Assembly: GCA_965207065.1 (NCBI GenBank)
Contig: OZ242260.1
Location: forward strand, 576,001-640,000
Direction: 5' to 3'
Source of the DNA: a bacterium
GTDB lineage: Bacteria; UBA8248
DNA length: 64,000 bases
Below the pieces are notes generated by a model. It searched no databases, was not told the DNA's origin, and worked only from the letters and a program-made list of their open reading frames with translations. Below are positions 9,215-18,700 of this stretch, piece by piece. Each line of letters begins with the position of its first letter. Positions within the stretch are counted from its first letter, which is position 1. A program made the translations under genes and the position numbers.

Positions 9215-10396
9215 TCAGGAAGCGGCGTCCGCGTACACCTGCGAAGCGGCTCCGACACCATCTCCAGCCTTTGTAATATACCCCAATTTGGAGAAAATTA
9301 CTTCCAGCGCCGAAAGAAGGTAAACCACGTTCGCCTGTGTGGCGCCGTGACCCATCATTCCGATACGCCAGATCTTACCGGCTACCGCGCCCAATCCACC
9401 GCCGATCTCGATGTTGAAATCGTTGAGCAGACTCTTGCGGACGGCGCCATCGTCCATCCCCTCCCGGAGAGCGACTGTGTTGAGCGTGGGCGTGCGCGCG
9501 CCTTCCTGGGCGAACATGGACATTCCGAACGCCTCGACGCCCGCCTGTAACGCCTTGCTCGCCAGGGCGTGCCTCGCAAAGCGCGCCTCCAAGCCTTCAT
9601 CGAAGATGATGCGCAGCGCTTCCCTGATCGCGTAGTTCATCGTAATCGGGCCGGTGTGGTGATAGACGCGCTCGTTGCCCCAGTATTTCTCCACCATACT
9701 CACGTCGAAATACCAGCTCGTGACCTTCGATTTGCGCTCGCGCACCTTGCCGAGCGCGCGCTCGCTGAAGGTGATGGGCGCGACGCCCGGCGGACACGCC
9801 AGGCATTTCTGCGTGCCGCTGTAGGCGACTTCCACCCCCCATTTGTCGAGTTCCACGGGCACGCCGCCGAGCGAGGTGACGCAATCGAGAAGCAAGAGCG
9901 CTCCGTGTTCGCGGCACATCGCTCCGATCTCTTCCATCGGCTGGAGAACGCCCGTGCTCGTTTCCGCATGGACGACCCCGACCATCACCGCATCGGGATT
10001 GGCATCCAGCGCGGCCTTCACGTCCTGGGGATCGATGGGCTGCCCCCAAGGGGCCTCCACGGTGACGACATCCGCCCCGTAGCGGGAAGCAACGTCGCTC
10101 ATGCGTCCGCCGAACACGCCGTTCACGCAGACGATGGCCTTATCGCCAGGCTCGATGATGTTGCAGACGGACGCCTCCATCGCAGCGCTGCCCGTACCCG
10201 ATACGGGGAAAGTCACCTGGTTCTCGGTGTTGAAAAGCGCACGCAGCATCCCCTGGCAGTCGTCCATCACCGCCAGAAAATCGGGGTCCAAGTGTCCCAC
10301 CACGTGGGTGCTCATGGCTTTCAGGATTCTCGGGTGAACCGGGCTCGGCCCCGGCCCCAGCAATAAACGCAGATGCGGATTCAACTCTTCAGACAA
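9215..10396 (-). CDS. Alanine/serine-glyoxylate aminotransferase family (class V PLP)
   Basis: LLLGPGPS, SGTGSAAME, VHAETSTG, PLP lysine in SGTQKCL, WRIGMMG. TTG start after GAGGG. Confidence 0.9.
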   Translation of the reverse strand: MSEELNPHLRLLLGPGPSPVHPRILKAMSTHVVGHLDPDFLAVMDDCQGMLRALFNTENQVTFPVSGTGSAAMEASVCNIIEPGDKAIVCVNGVFGGRMSDVASRYGADVVTVEAPWGQPIDPQDVKAALDANPDAVMVGVVHAETSTGVLQPMEEIGAMCREHGALLLLDCVTSLGGVPVELDKWGVEVAYSGTQKCLACPPGVAPITFSERALGKVRERKSKVTSWYFDVSMVEKYWGNERVYHHTGPITMNYAIREALRIIFDEGLEARFARHALASKALQAGVEAFGMSMFAQEGARTPTLNTVALREGMDDGAVRKSLLNDFNIEIGGGLGAVAGKIWRIGMMGHGATQANVVYLLSALEVIFSKLGYITKAGDGVGAASQVYADAAS

Positions 10397-10588
10397 GACT
10401 TTTCCCTCGCTCGAATCAGGTATTTGGAATGGATGAGAAGCCTCTGACCATCGCACAAAGCCCCTCGTTCCGAATTGCGACCGCGAGATACTACCACACG
10501 CCCCCACACCCGCAAAGGGGAGTGGGGAGTGTGGTATTCCTATAATCATATACTTTACAAATTATTGCGTGATAAGTAGTGTCGGGCC

Positions 10589-11026
10589 ATGAAATGGACA
10601 CGATTCGTAGTATCGCTTGCATCAAGCATTTTCTCTTTTGACATTGGCGCACTAGAAGATCTGCTTGCCATGTTTTTTGGGAAGAAGTCTCTTCGCATTG
10701 GCAGGCTAAGAAAACTCTATCCCAAAATCATTAAGCTTAGAGATAACTTGGTTTCCGGGGAAGATTCCTATGTGGATATCGACCGGGATGAGACGCATAT
10801 TGATCCTGGCAGTTCTCCAACTCCAATATCGATTAGCTTTTACTCAAAAGCAAAAGAGCTTTCCTACACTTTGGATAAACTCAAAATTCCATATCCCAAT
10901 CTAATCGAAAAAGATGTGTATTCTCAAGAAAATTGGCGTTATTTCCTCATTGAATTGGCACCTTTGGCAGAAGCCAACAACTTGTTTGCTGCGCAAGACT
11001 TATTAAAAGGAGAGGACAATGAATGA
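10589..11026 (+). CDS. Hypothetical protein (low-GC islet)
   Basis: 145-aa open frame in an AT-rich segment; no recognised motif. Confidence 0.5.
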   Translation: MKWTRFVVSLASSIFSFDIGALEDLLAMFFGKKSLRIGRLRKLYPKIIKLRDNLVSGEDSYVDIDRDETHIDPGSSPTPISISFYSKAKELSYTLDKLKIPYPNLIEKDVYSQENWRYFLIELAPLAEANNLFAAQDLLKGEDNE

Positions 11027-11259
11027 ACGAGTGATCCGACACGAAATCAAACTGTAAAAAATCCGTCATCTTCATTCTCGCTGTGCTTGCGTTAAGTGTC
11101 TTCGCTATAGCGTTCATGCCTTTATTCAGTGTGAAGAATGCCCTGGCGAAGTTACAGCATGGAGACAAGTTAAAATTGGAAGTGTCTGGTGCTTTAAGCC
11201 ACCAAATCGGCCAAATGCCCAGATATTTCACCATTACATGTAAAGGATGCGGGGATTAG
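11023..11259 (+). pseudogene. Small membrane/secreted protein ORF interrupted by TGA at codon 4
   Basis: ATGA overlap with the upstream stop; ATG AAC GAG TGA, then the same frame reads KKSVIFILAVLALSVFAIAF...TCKGCGD*. Confidence 0.35.
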
Positions 11260-11339
11260 GTGAAATCTCTTTACCCCACTAGCCTTTTACTCATGGGGAT
11301 TTGGTTCCACGCCTTGTTTGAGCGTGTTTTTGAGAATGC

Positions 11340-11453
11340 TAGGTTCTTACGATTGTCGTATCGCCATACCTATTTCTTGATGTAGCGCTCCATGTGCCCG
11401 ATGCCTATTTTGTGAAAGGCAACCAATAGAGATTATTTTAACAGCGGCCACAC
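11340..11453 (-). pseudogene. IS1595-family (ISXO2-like) transposase C-terminal relic
   Basis: Manual translation VWPLLK*SLLVAFHKIGIGHMERYIKK*VWRYDNRKN resembles the IS1595 consensus W-S-L-L-K-R...F-H-K...H-L-x-R-Y...E-x-x-W/F-R-x-N-x-R; two in-frame stops. Confidence 0.65.
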
Positions 11454-11556
11454 AGCCCACTATGTCTACAAATGTAGAATTCCGCTACCAGTGGGATTTA
11501 CACTAAAGTAGTAAAATTACTCCCCCAGTCCCATCGTGCATATAGGAACAACACTA

Positions 11557-12186
11557 ATGACGAAAGAAGAATTACAGCGCGAGTTCGAGACGCTTCGTAA
11601 TCAGGCAATATATCTGATTCAGACATTCAACACCTACAATGATTTGTTCGAGGCCAGTGATGAAGTAGAGCGTGTCTTAAGAAAATCGGCGGAAAGGTTT
11701 TTCGGCGACATAAACACGATAATGATTGAATATATGATCTTGGTAGTTTGCCGACTAACAGACCCTCCAACAACATCCGGCAAACCCAATCTGACAATTC
11801 CACACATGAATAAACTACTGTGTAAAGATGGATTTTTTAGTTCGGAGATCAGAAAGCTAAGCGACAGGATTATGGCTTACAGAAAACTTTTGGAACCCGT
11901 ACGGAACAAAATCGTCGCGCACATAGATCGAGACACGTACATCAAAGACTTGACTCTTGGCGGCCATTCAAAAGAAGAAATGACACGGTTTTTCGAGAAT
12001 GACCTGTTGCAGTATTTCGATAAAGTAGCAGAAGCCATTGACGTCACACCTATACTCGACTTGAACACTCGCTGTAGCGGAGATGCGCTCGACCTCCGTA
12101 AAACATTGAAGCGAGGATTGATCGCCGAGAAATTGATCGAGAAAAATCCCAAAATAGCATTATACTTTCTTGAAAACTCACCCTAG
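11557..12186 (+). CDS. HEPN-domain protein, AbiU2-like putative RNase
   Basis: Helical protein with CRLTDP...NLTI and the HEPN RxxxxH motif RNKIVAH. Confidence 0.72.
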   Translation: MTKEELQREFETLRNQAIYLIQTFNTYNDLFEASDEVERVLRKSAERFFGDINTIMIEYMILVVCRLTDPPTTSGKPNLTIPHMNKLLCKDGFFSSEIRKLSDRIMAYRKLLEPVRNKIVAHIDRDTYIKDLTLGGHSKEEMTRFFENDLLQYFDKVAEAIDVTPILDLNTRCSGDALDLRKTLKRGLIAEKLIEKNPKIALYFLENSP

Positions 12187-12335
12187 ATACGAGGGCGAGG
12201 AAGATAGACAACATGCACGGATTGTTGCGCGACACTATCATGTCAACGAATTATGAAACGATAAAAGCAAAGATTCGGACACTATTGATACATTTGCCAA
12301 GTGCAACGTTGCGAATCGGCTGGATACTGGCGGTT

Positions 12336-12779
12336 TCAGGCCTGCTTTCGGGGATAAAGAGCATGGTCGGGGTCGATCCACACGACGAAAAAGGTGTCCA
12401 AAAGCAAAAACCCGTGAACGCGCCCATGCTCGTTCGCGGTGAGTTGGAACTGCCACGCCTGCTCGGCGCGAAGCTGCTCGTTGAGGGCGCGAAACCCTTG
12501 GGGTTCTGTGGTCTCGCGAAAATCAATCGGGTGTGCGCGCAAGGCCCTCGATCTGTTCGTCCGAAATTCTTTTGCGGTCAGGCGCGATAAATCTCTCAGT
12601 CTCTCCAGAAATGTATGCAGATACCCGTCCCGGCAACGCTTAAGACTGAATTTTGCATTGCCTACGAGATCCAGATACTTTAAAGAGAACCGGAGCGAAT
12701 CCGCGTCAGGCGGCGGTGAGGCAGGCGGAATGCTCCGGGCGAGACGCGGAATCCTACCTCTCTTGATTTTCTTCGCCAT
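12336..12779 (-). CDS. Putative toxin partner of Panacea antitoxin (RelE-like nuclease candidate)
   Basis: Overlaps the Panacea gene; basic protein with FSLKYLD, HPIDF, GRVHG, FFVVWIDPDHALY, a pattern recalled from DUF4065-associated genes. Confidence 0.65.
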   Translation of the reverse strand: MAKKIKRGRIPRLARSIPPASPPPDADSLRFSLKYLDLVGNAKFSLKRCRDGYLHTFLERLRDLSRLTAKEFRTNRSRALRAHPIDFRETTEPQGFRALNEQLRAEQAWQFQLTANEHGRVHGFLLLDTFFVVWIDPDHALYPRKQA

Positions 12780-13221
12780 CGACCCTCGCCTTATAGTAAT
12801 CCCTCATATCTTCATGAGAGATCACGTTATTCGACGGGGCATCCGGCGGCAGACCCCCACGCGCGTTTCGCCAAGGGTCCTCTTGATGGGTAAGTTTTTC
12901 CAGATCGTAGGCGGTCAGCCCTCCGTACACGTCTATGACTTCGTCGATGTGGTCCCGCGTCCGCGAATCAAACTCTTCTTCCTCAGATTCAATGTCGATT
13001 GGCCGCCACGACCACGCTTTGTATATCCCATAAACCGACGGCACGACAGGGCCATGAACCCACGCTTCGATGGGATCGCCGAACAATGGCGCGTCATACA
13101 GCGCAAGATGCCACGCCTGCGCGTAGTAGAGCAGCTTTTGCAGCTTCAGATTAGAAATGGGGTCACCGTGCTCGTGCGAGAATCCGATTATGCCTTGAGC
13201 GACCTGATTTGCGCTCTTCAT
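12754..13221 (-). CDS. Panacea-domain antitoxin (DUF4065/SocA/GepA)
   Basis: SNLKLQKLLYYAQ, IEAWVHGPVVPSVY, LEKLTHQEDPW. Confidence 0.9.
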   Translation of the reverse strand: MKSANQVAQGIIGFSHEHGDPISNLKLQKLLYYAQAWHLALYDAPLFGDPIEAWVHGPVVPSVYGIYKAWSWRPIDIESEEEEFDSRTRDHIDEVIDVYGGLTAYDLEKLTHQEDPWRNARGGLPPDAPSNNVISHEDMRDYYKARVDGEENQER

Positions 13222-13329
13222 TTCAATATCCCTTCCGAGGCGGCGCGAGTGAACCGGGTGTGGAACGGATTCACTCTTGCTTCGTCCATAAAACCACTTC
13301 GAGCCGGAATGTTCAAGCGTGTCCTACTC

Positions 13330-13833
13330 TTACTCCCCGTCCAATGCGATGTTGTCGTAGTCCGGAATGGCGCCCATGCCCTTCTTGGCGGCCATGGATT
13401 TGCGCTCGTATTCCATCACGAGCTCTCCGCGCTGGTTGTAGGCGCGCGTCTTGATGGTGACGACCCCGCGGTCGGGCCTGCTCTTCGACTCGCGCTTGTC
13501 GAGAATCTCAGATTCCGAATAGAGCGTATCGCCCGCGAAGACGGGAGCGGGCATCTTGATGTAGGTCCACTCCAGGTTCGCCACCGAGCGGTAGGAGGTG
13601 TCGGTGACCGTCATGCCGGCCACGACGGCCAGCGTGAGCGCTGAATTCACCAGCGGCTTTCCGAACTGGGTCTTCGACGCATAGTGGGCGTCGAAATGAA
13701 TCGGGTGGGTGTTGTTCGTCAGCAGAGTGAACCAGGTGTTGTCTGATTCGAGTATGGTGCGGCCCGGCCTGTGCTTGATGACCTCGCCCACCACGAAATC
13801 CTCGAACCAGCGTCCCATTTGAAAATCAGGCAT
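13330..13833 (-). CDS. MaoC-family dehydratase
   Basis: GRWFEDFVVG, RTILESDNTWF, NTHPIHFD, PVFAGDTL, RESKSRPDRG. Confidence 0.9.
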   Translation of the reverse strand: MPDFQMGRWFEDFVVGEVIKHRPGRTILESDNTWFTLLTNNTHPIHFDAHYASKTQFGKPLVNSALTLAVVAGMTVTDTSYRSVANLEWTYIKMPAPVFAGDTLYSESEILDKRESKSRPDRGVVTIKTRAYNQRGELVMEYERKSMAAKKGMGAIPDYDNIALDGE

Positions 13834-13918
13834 TGTCATTCTCCTCGTTCGCGCCCATCCACACGCAGGGCATAAACCAGGAATGCGCCCTATCGCGCGG
13901 TGGATGATGCTCACCTCT

Positions 13919-15070
13919 CTAGGCGGGGTATTGCTCCAGAAGCCTCTTGGCGATGATGAGGCGCTGAATCTCGTTCGAGCCTTCTCCCACCACCAGGAGT
14001 TTCGAATCCCGGAAATAGCGCTCCACGGGCAACTCCTGGATGTAGCCCATGCCGCCATGGACCTGAATGGCCTCGCTCGCGCAGAACTCCGCCGTCTCGG
14101 ACGCAAAGAACTTGGCCATGCCGGCTTCGAGGTCACAACGCTTGCCCTGGGCCTTCAGGTTCGCCGCATGATACGTCATGAGCTTCGCCGCGTGGATGCG
14201 CGTTCCCATTTCGGCAAGTTTCGCCTGTATCAGCTGATGACCCGCCAGCGGCTTGCCGAACGTCTCGCGCTGCTGGGAATAACGCATCGAATCCTCGAAT
14301 GCCGCGCGGGCGAGACCCACGCTGCGCGCCGCCACGTTGACGCGGCCGCCCTCAAGCCCGCTCATGATCATCGGAAAACCCTCGTTCTCCTGGCCGAGCA
14401 GGTTTTCGAGCGGTACACGCGCGTCCTCGAAAACCAGCTCGCTCGTGCGGATGCCCCGGTAACCCATCTTCTTGAGATGCCTGCTCACCTGAAAGCCGGG
14501 CGTTCCCTTGTGTACGAGGATGCAGGAGATGCCCTTCGTTTTCGATTTTTCCGGGTCGGTGCGCGCGAACACGCTGAACATCGTGCCGTGCTCGGCGTTC
14601 GAGATGAACATCTTGGAGCCGTTCATCACCCACTGGTCGTCTTCTCGCACCGCACGCGTCTTGAGAGCGGCGGCGTCGGAACCCGAACCCGGCTCGGTGA
14701 GCGCCATGCCCGAGTGCCACTCGCCGGTGGCCATCTTGGGCAGATAGGTTTTTTTCTGCTCATCCGTCCCGTAGTTCAGAATCATCCAGGCGGTCATCAT
14801 GTGCGTGCCGAGGATGCCGGCCACGCTCATCCAGCCGACGGAGAGCTCTTCCATGGCGATGGCGTAGCACACTTCGTCCATGCCGCTCCCGCCGTATTCC
14901 TCTGGTATCGTAAAACCGAAAAAGCCCAGTTCCTGCATCTTCTCCACGATGGGCGTGGGGTATTTGTCGGCGAGTTCGTATTCCATGGCGATGGGCATGA
15001 TCTCGCGGTCCACGAATTCCTTCATCATCCGCTGGACGCTCGTCTGTAGTTCGGTAAACTGGAAATGCAA
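13919..15070 (-). CDS. Acyl-CoA dehydrogenase
   Basis: ALTEPGSGSD, NGSKMFISN, KMGYRG, AIQVHGGMGY, VGEGSNEIQR. Confidence 0.94.
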   Translation of the reverse strand: MHFQFTELQTSVQRMMKEFVDREIMPIAMEYELADKYPTPIVEKMQELGFFGFTIPEEYGGSGMDEVCYAIAMEELSVGWMSVAGILGTHMMTAWMILNYGTDEQKKTYLPKMATGEWHSGMALTEPGSGSDAAALKTRAVREDDQWVMNGSKMFISNAEHGTMFSVFARTDPEKSKTKGISCILVHKGTPGFQVSRHLKKMGYRGIRTSELVFEDARVPLENLLGQENEGFPMIMSGLEGGRVNVAARSVGLARAAFEDSMRYSQQRETFGKPLAGHQLIQAKLAEMGTRIHAAKLMTYHAANLKAQGKRCDLEAGMAKFFASETAEFCASEAIQVHGGMGYIQELPVERYFRDSKLLVVGEGSNEIQRLIIAKRLLEQYPA

Positions 15071-15116
15071 GGGATGTTCCCTCCTGAATTTAAATGGCCG
15101 AAATTTCCGCCAAGTA

Positions 15117-16295
15117 TTAAATCACGCCGTCGCGGCGCAAGTCCGCCACGTCGTCCGGGGAGTAGCCGAGCTTTTCGAGCACCTCTTCGGTATGGGCGCT
15201 CAGGCCCGGCGGGTGTTCGAGCCTGGGCGTCATTTCGCTGAATTTCACCGGAAAGCGGCACATTTTCAAATTTCCGTATTCGCCTTCCACCTCGGGGAAA
15301 ATCTCGCGGTGCGCCGTCTGGGGATGATCGCACACCTCTCCCAGATCGTTCACCGCTCCGCAGGGAACACCCGCCTCCAGAAAAATCTTCCGCCATTCCT
15401 CGCGCTCTTTGGTAGCGAGGATCGGCAGCAACTGTTCGAGCAGCGCATCTTTGTTCTCGTGCCTGTCGGCGTTGGTCGCGAAGCGCGGGTCGTCCACCCA
15501 TTCGGGGTGCCCGAGGACCCCGGCGAACAGCCGCCAGGTGTTCTCGTTGCCGCAGGCGACGCCGATGAGCTTTCCCCCCTTGGCGGGGTAGGCCCCGTAA
15601 GGCGCGAGAAAATGATGACCCACGCCCACGCGGCTCGGCTTGTTACCGTGCAGATAATAGTGAAAATGGAAATAGCCCTGCATGCTCACCATGCAGTCGA
15701 ACATCGAGACGTCGAGTTCCTGGCCCTCGCCCGTCTGGTCGCGCTGCCTGAGCGCCATCATCGCGCCCAGGGCGACGAAAAGCCCCGTCACCCCGTCGCA
15801 GATGGAATGGGCCATTTTCGCGGGGGATTCGGGCGGGCCCGTCATCTCCATGATGCCCGCTTCGGCCTGAATGAGGCCGTCGAACGCCTTCATGTCGCGG
15901 TAGGGGCCGTCCTGCCCGTAGCCCGAGGTGTGGACGTAGATGATGTCGGGCTTTATCTTCTTCACTTCCTCATACCCGAAACCGAGCCTGTCGATCGCGC
16001 CGGGGCTGAAGTTTTCGAGAAAAACGTCCGCGCTCTCGAGCATCTCCCGTAAAATTTTCTTGCCGCGCTCGTTTTTCAGGTTCAGCGTAACGCTCTTCTT
16101 GTTGGGGTTCACCCAGAAGTGCACCGCCCCCTCGCCGAAGACCGCATCGTCCCAGAGCCGCACCATGTCGCCCGTTTCCGGGACCTCGACTTTCAGGACC
16201 TCCGCGCCGAAATCGGCCAGATGGCGCAGCCCCACCGGCCCGCTGATGGATACCCCCAGCGATACGATTCGAACGCCATCGAGCGGAAGCGCCAT
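15117..16295 (-). CDS. CoA-transferase family III (CaiB/BaiF)
   Basis: PLDGVRIV, LADFGAEVLKVE, NKKSVTLNLK, ENFSPG, SGYGQDGP. Confidence 0.93.
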   Translation of the reverse strand: MALPLDGVRIVSLGVSISGPVGLRHLADFGAEVLKVEVPETGDMVRLWDDAVFGEGAVHFWVNPNKKSVTLNLKNERGKKILREMLESADVFLENFSPGAIDRLGFGYEEVKKIKPDIIYVHTSGYGQDGPYRDMKAFDGLIQAEAGIMEMTGPPESPAKMAHSICDGVTGLFVALGAMMALRQRDQTGEGQELDVSMFDCMVSMQGYFHFHYYLHGNKPSRVGVGHHFLAPYGAYPAKGGKLIGVACGNENTWRLFAGVLGHPEWVDDPRFATNADRHENKDALLEQLLPILATKEREEWRKIFLEAGVPCGAVNDLGEVCDHPQTAHREIFPEVEGEYGNLKMCRFPVKFSEMTPRLEHPPGLSAHTEEVLEKLGYSPDDVADLRRDGVI

Positions 16296-16578
16296 TTTAC
16301 GACTCCTCGAAAAAGTGCGTCCCTAAAACGAGGCGACGGGCGCGGCGACGGCCGATCCCATGCCTTCGCGACTCATGCGGTTTCCCGACGAATGGGTCCA
16401 TGCGAAACCACGAAAGGAGCCATGACAATACACCATCGATTTTATGGATGACAAGGTGGGGGGGGTCAAAACCGAGCGGGGGAGCGAGGGATTGCCGCGA
16501 TTCAAGAATGAGGGAATGCCAAGCGAGGAGGGAGCAATGAATTCACCCGACAGATGAGAGATGGAATGTTTCTATGAA

Positions 16579-16630
16579 GTAGGGACAGGTCGCGACCAGT
16601 GGGACAGCCCCTAAGAAGGGCTGTCCCTAC
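16579..16630. repeat. GTAG-type REP-like palindrome
   Basis: GTAGGGACAG...CTGTCCCTAC with inner hairpin GGGACAGCCC-N7-GGGCTGTCCC; related copies at 19731, 30560 and 36597. Confidence 0.7.
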
Positions 16631-16684
16631 AGACGAAAACTGATGCCAGGAGGGATAATTGCAATACACCCAGCCCGAAACACA

Positions 16685-16873
16685 TCAGATATTCCGATAC
16701 CCACTCTCGCGATCTTCACGAATGAGGACTTCCGAAGGAATCCGTACGCGGCCTTTCGTCTTCTCCCGGTGTTTCAGAGACAACTCCAGGAAGGATTTGC
16801 GCTTCGCCGTTATGTCGTCCTCAGCAGCGTCGAGACTAGGACGCGGCGCCTCATTCTCATGCTTGCTCATCAC
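16685..16873 (-). CDS. Small hypothetical protein with an antitoxin-like C-terminus
   Basis: Overlaps the upstream gene's stop; PSEVLIREDRE resembles the C-terminal tail of FitA/VapB-type antitoxins. Confidence 0.45.
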   Translation of the reverse strand: MMSKHENEAPRPSLDAAEDDITAKRKSFLELSLKHREKTKGRVRIPSEVLIREDRESGYRNI

Positions 16874-17214
16874 CCCTCCCCCGCTTCGTCAAGGTAAGCC
16901 TGGAAATCTCCGCTGGTCTGCGAGATGAAGGCCACGGCGCGGTCGAGCGCGATGAACTCCATGTCCCCGGGATCGTCGTCCACCTCGTCTCTGAGCTCGG
17001 TGAGGACGCCCAGATATTCCCCGGCCCTGGGTCCTGCGGCGGTATCTTTTTTCTCGCTCGGCGCCATCTCCTTCTCCACGAAATCCGCGAACGGACCCAC
17101 CTCGTAGGAGATGAAGCAGAACATGTGATAAAGCGCCTTCTCCTCGACGCCCCCCTCGCCCTGCGCGTCTTTTCTCAGTTCGTTCAGCTTCGCCAAAACG
17201 GGTTCGTGCTTCAA
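16870..17214 (-). CDS. Hypothetical acidic protein with internal two-fold repeat
   Basis: LNELRKDA...ALYHMFCFISYEVGPFADFVE aligns with LTELRDEV...ALDRAVAFISQTSGDFQAYLD; GGAG upstream of the TTG start. Confidence 0.7.
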   Translation of the reverse strand: MKHEPVLAKLNELRKDAQGEGGVEEKALYHMFCFISYEVGPFADFVEKEMAPSEKKDTAAGPRAGEYLGVLTELRDEVDDDPGDMEFIALDRAVAFISQTSGDFQAYLDEAGEG

Positions 17215-17417
17215 CGGGATTCTCCTTCATCCTGCTCGTTTATACGGCATTGGTACGTGTTTCAGACAAAACTATTGAGGGCCATATTCAACAATCCCTC
17301 GTTGCCGGCCAGTCGGGTTCCCATCAATAGTTTGGCACAAACCATATCAAAACCACTTCATCATCCAGGCAAGCGCAGACTCCCTCCACCGATTTCATAT
17401 GGCCAGTATCGAAGGCC

Positions 17418-18320
17418 CTATGAAAGCGCGCGCGCCTCCACGCCCGCCATGCGCTCCAGGACCTTGACGATGGCGATGTGGTCGAGCTCCCCCTCCCCGT
17501 TCGCCACCAGGGAGTTGAAAATCTGCGCGACGAGCGATGCGCCCGGCAGCGCCACCTCGCGCTCGCGCGCCTGCTCCAAAGCGTAGCGCAAGTCCTTCAC
17601 GTGGCTCGTTATCTTGCCGCCGGGGGAGAAGTCGCCCGAGAGTATCTTGGGCGCCTTCACCTCCAGCCCCCCGCAACGCGCGAGGCCCGCACCCATCACG
17701 TCCACAAGCGCTGCGGGGTCGAGGCCGGCCTTGGCCCCGAACACGAGCGCCTCGCCCACGCCCAGAAACGTCACGGCCACGAGAATCTGGTTCGCGAGCT
17801 TGGCGATGCACCCGGAACCCGCAGGCTCCCCAACGTGCACCACTTTCGCCCCCAGAACGTCGAGCAGGGGCTTACACCTAGCGAATACGTCTTTGGGGCC
17901 TCCGGCCATGATGGCGAGTGTTCCCTGCTCTGCTCCCTCGGGCGCTCCCGATACCGGCGCGTCGAGCATACCGACGCCCTTCTCCGTCAAGGCGTCTGCG
18001 ACCTCGGCGGAGAAGGCCGGGTCGTTGCTCGTGCAGTCCACAAGCACGCTGTCCGGCTTCATGGCGTCAAAGAGTCCGTTTTCCGTGTAGACCACGTCTT
18101 TCAGGTTCGGGGCATCGGGCAGCATGGTGAAGACGACTTCAGAATGCGCCGCCACCTCGGCGGGTGAATCACACGCCCTTGCGCCCTCCGCCGCAATTTC
18201 ATCCACCGGCGGGCGGCTTCGGCTCGATACCGCCAGCGGATACCCCGCCGCCAGAAACCGCCGCGCCATCGGCTTTCCCATCAAGCCCAGGCCCACGAAA
18301 CCTATCGCTGTCTTGGACAT
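17418..18320 (-). CDS. NAD(P)-dependent beta-hydroxyacid dehydrogenase (GarR/GlxR/HIBADH family)
   Basis: IGFVGLGLMGKPMA, LDAPVSG, catalytic KLANQ, KDLRYA. Confidence 0.92.
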   Translation of the reverse strand: MSKTAIGFVGLGLMGKPMARRFLAAGYPLAVSSRSRPPVDEIAAEGARACDSPAEVAAHSEVVFTMLPDAPNLKDVVYTENGLFDAMKPDSVLVDCTSNDPAFSAEVADALTEKGVGMLDAPVSGAPEGAEQGTLAIMAGGPKDVFARCKPLLDVLGAKVVHVGEPAGSGCIAKLANQILVAVTFLGVGEALVFGAKAGLDPAALVDVMGAGLARCGGLEVKAPKILSGDFSPGGKITSHVKDLRYALEQAREREVALPGASLVAQIFNSLVANGEGELDHIAIVKVLERMAGVEARALS

Positions 18321-18358
18321 CCATATCCTCCCGGTTGTGTATGGCGCGCTATTGTTCC

Positions 18359-18700
18359 CTACTTCGTCTCCGGCGGGACGAGTGGTTTTATGAGGGCGAT
18401 CAGATCGGGAATGTCATTTTGCACAACTTCCCACACGCGGTTTAGATTGATCTCAAAATATGCGTGCACAAGATGATTCCACATGGCGATGATCTTCGGC
18501 CAGGGAATCTCGGGGTGAGCCTCTCTGGTCTCCTGGCTGATGCGGGCAGCAGCCTCACCAATGATCTCGATAGATTTGACCAGTGACAAGACCAGCTGGC
18601 GATCCGAGTCCAGTTCATCTCGACTTCGACCACGAGCGAAATCCACCGTGTCGCGCGCGGCCAGCAACATGTCGAGCAGCCAGGCTTCGTCACGCCGCAT
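18359..18700 (-). CDS. HepT-like HEPN toxin (DUF86) with catalytic Arg replaced by Trp
   Basis: IEIIGEAA, PEIPW, MWNHLVHAY (canonical MRNxLxHxY), VWEVV. Confidence 0.88.
   Translation of the reverse strand: MRRDEAWLLDMLLAARDTVDFARGRSRDELDSDRQLVLSLVKSIEIIGEAAARISQETREAHPEIPWPKIIAMWNHLVHAYFEINLNRVWEVVQNDIPDLIALIKPLVPPETK

Noticed and set aside
11032-11034. Selenocysteine readthrough of the in-frame TGA
   Set aside because: There is no redox-motif context and no evident SECIS hairpin; a nonsense mutation is simpler.
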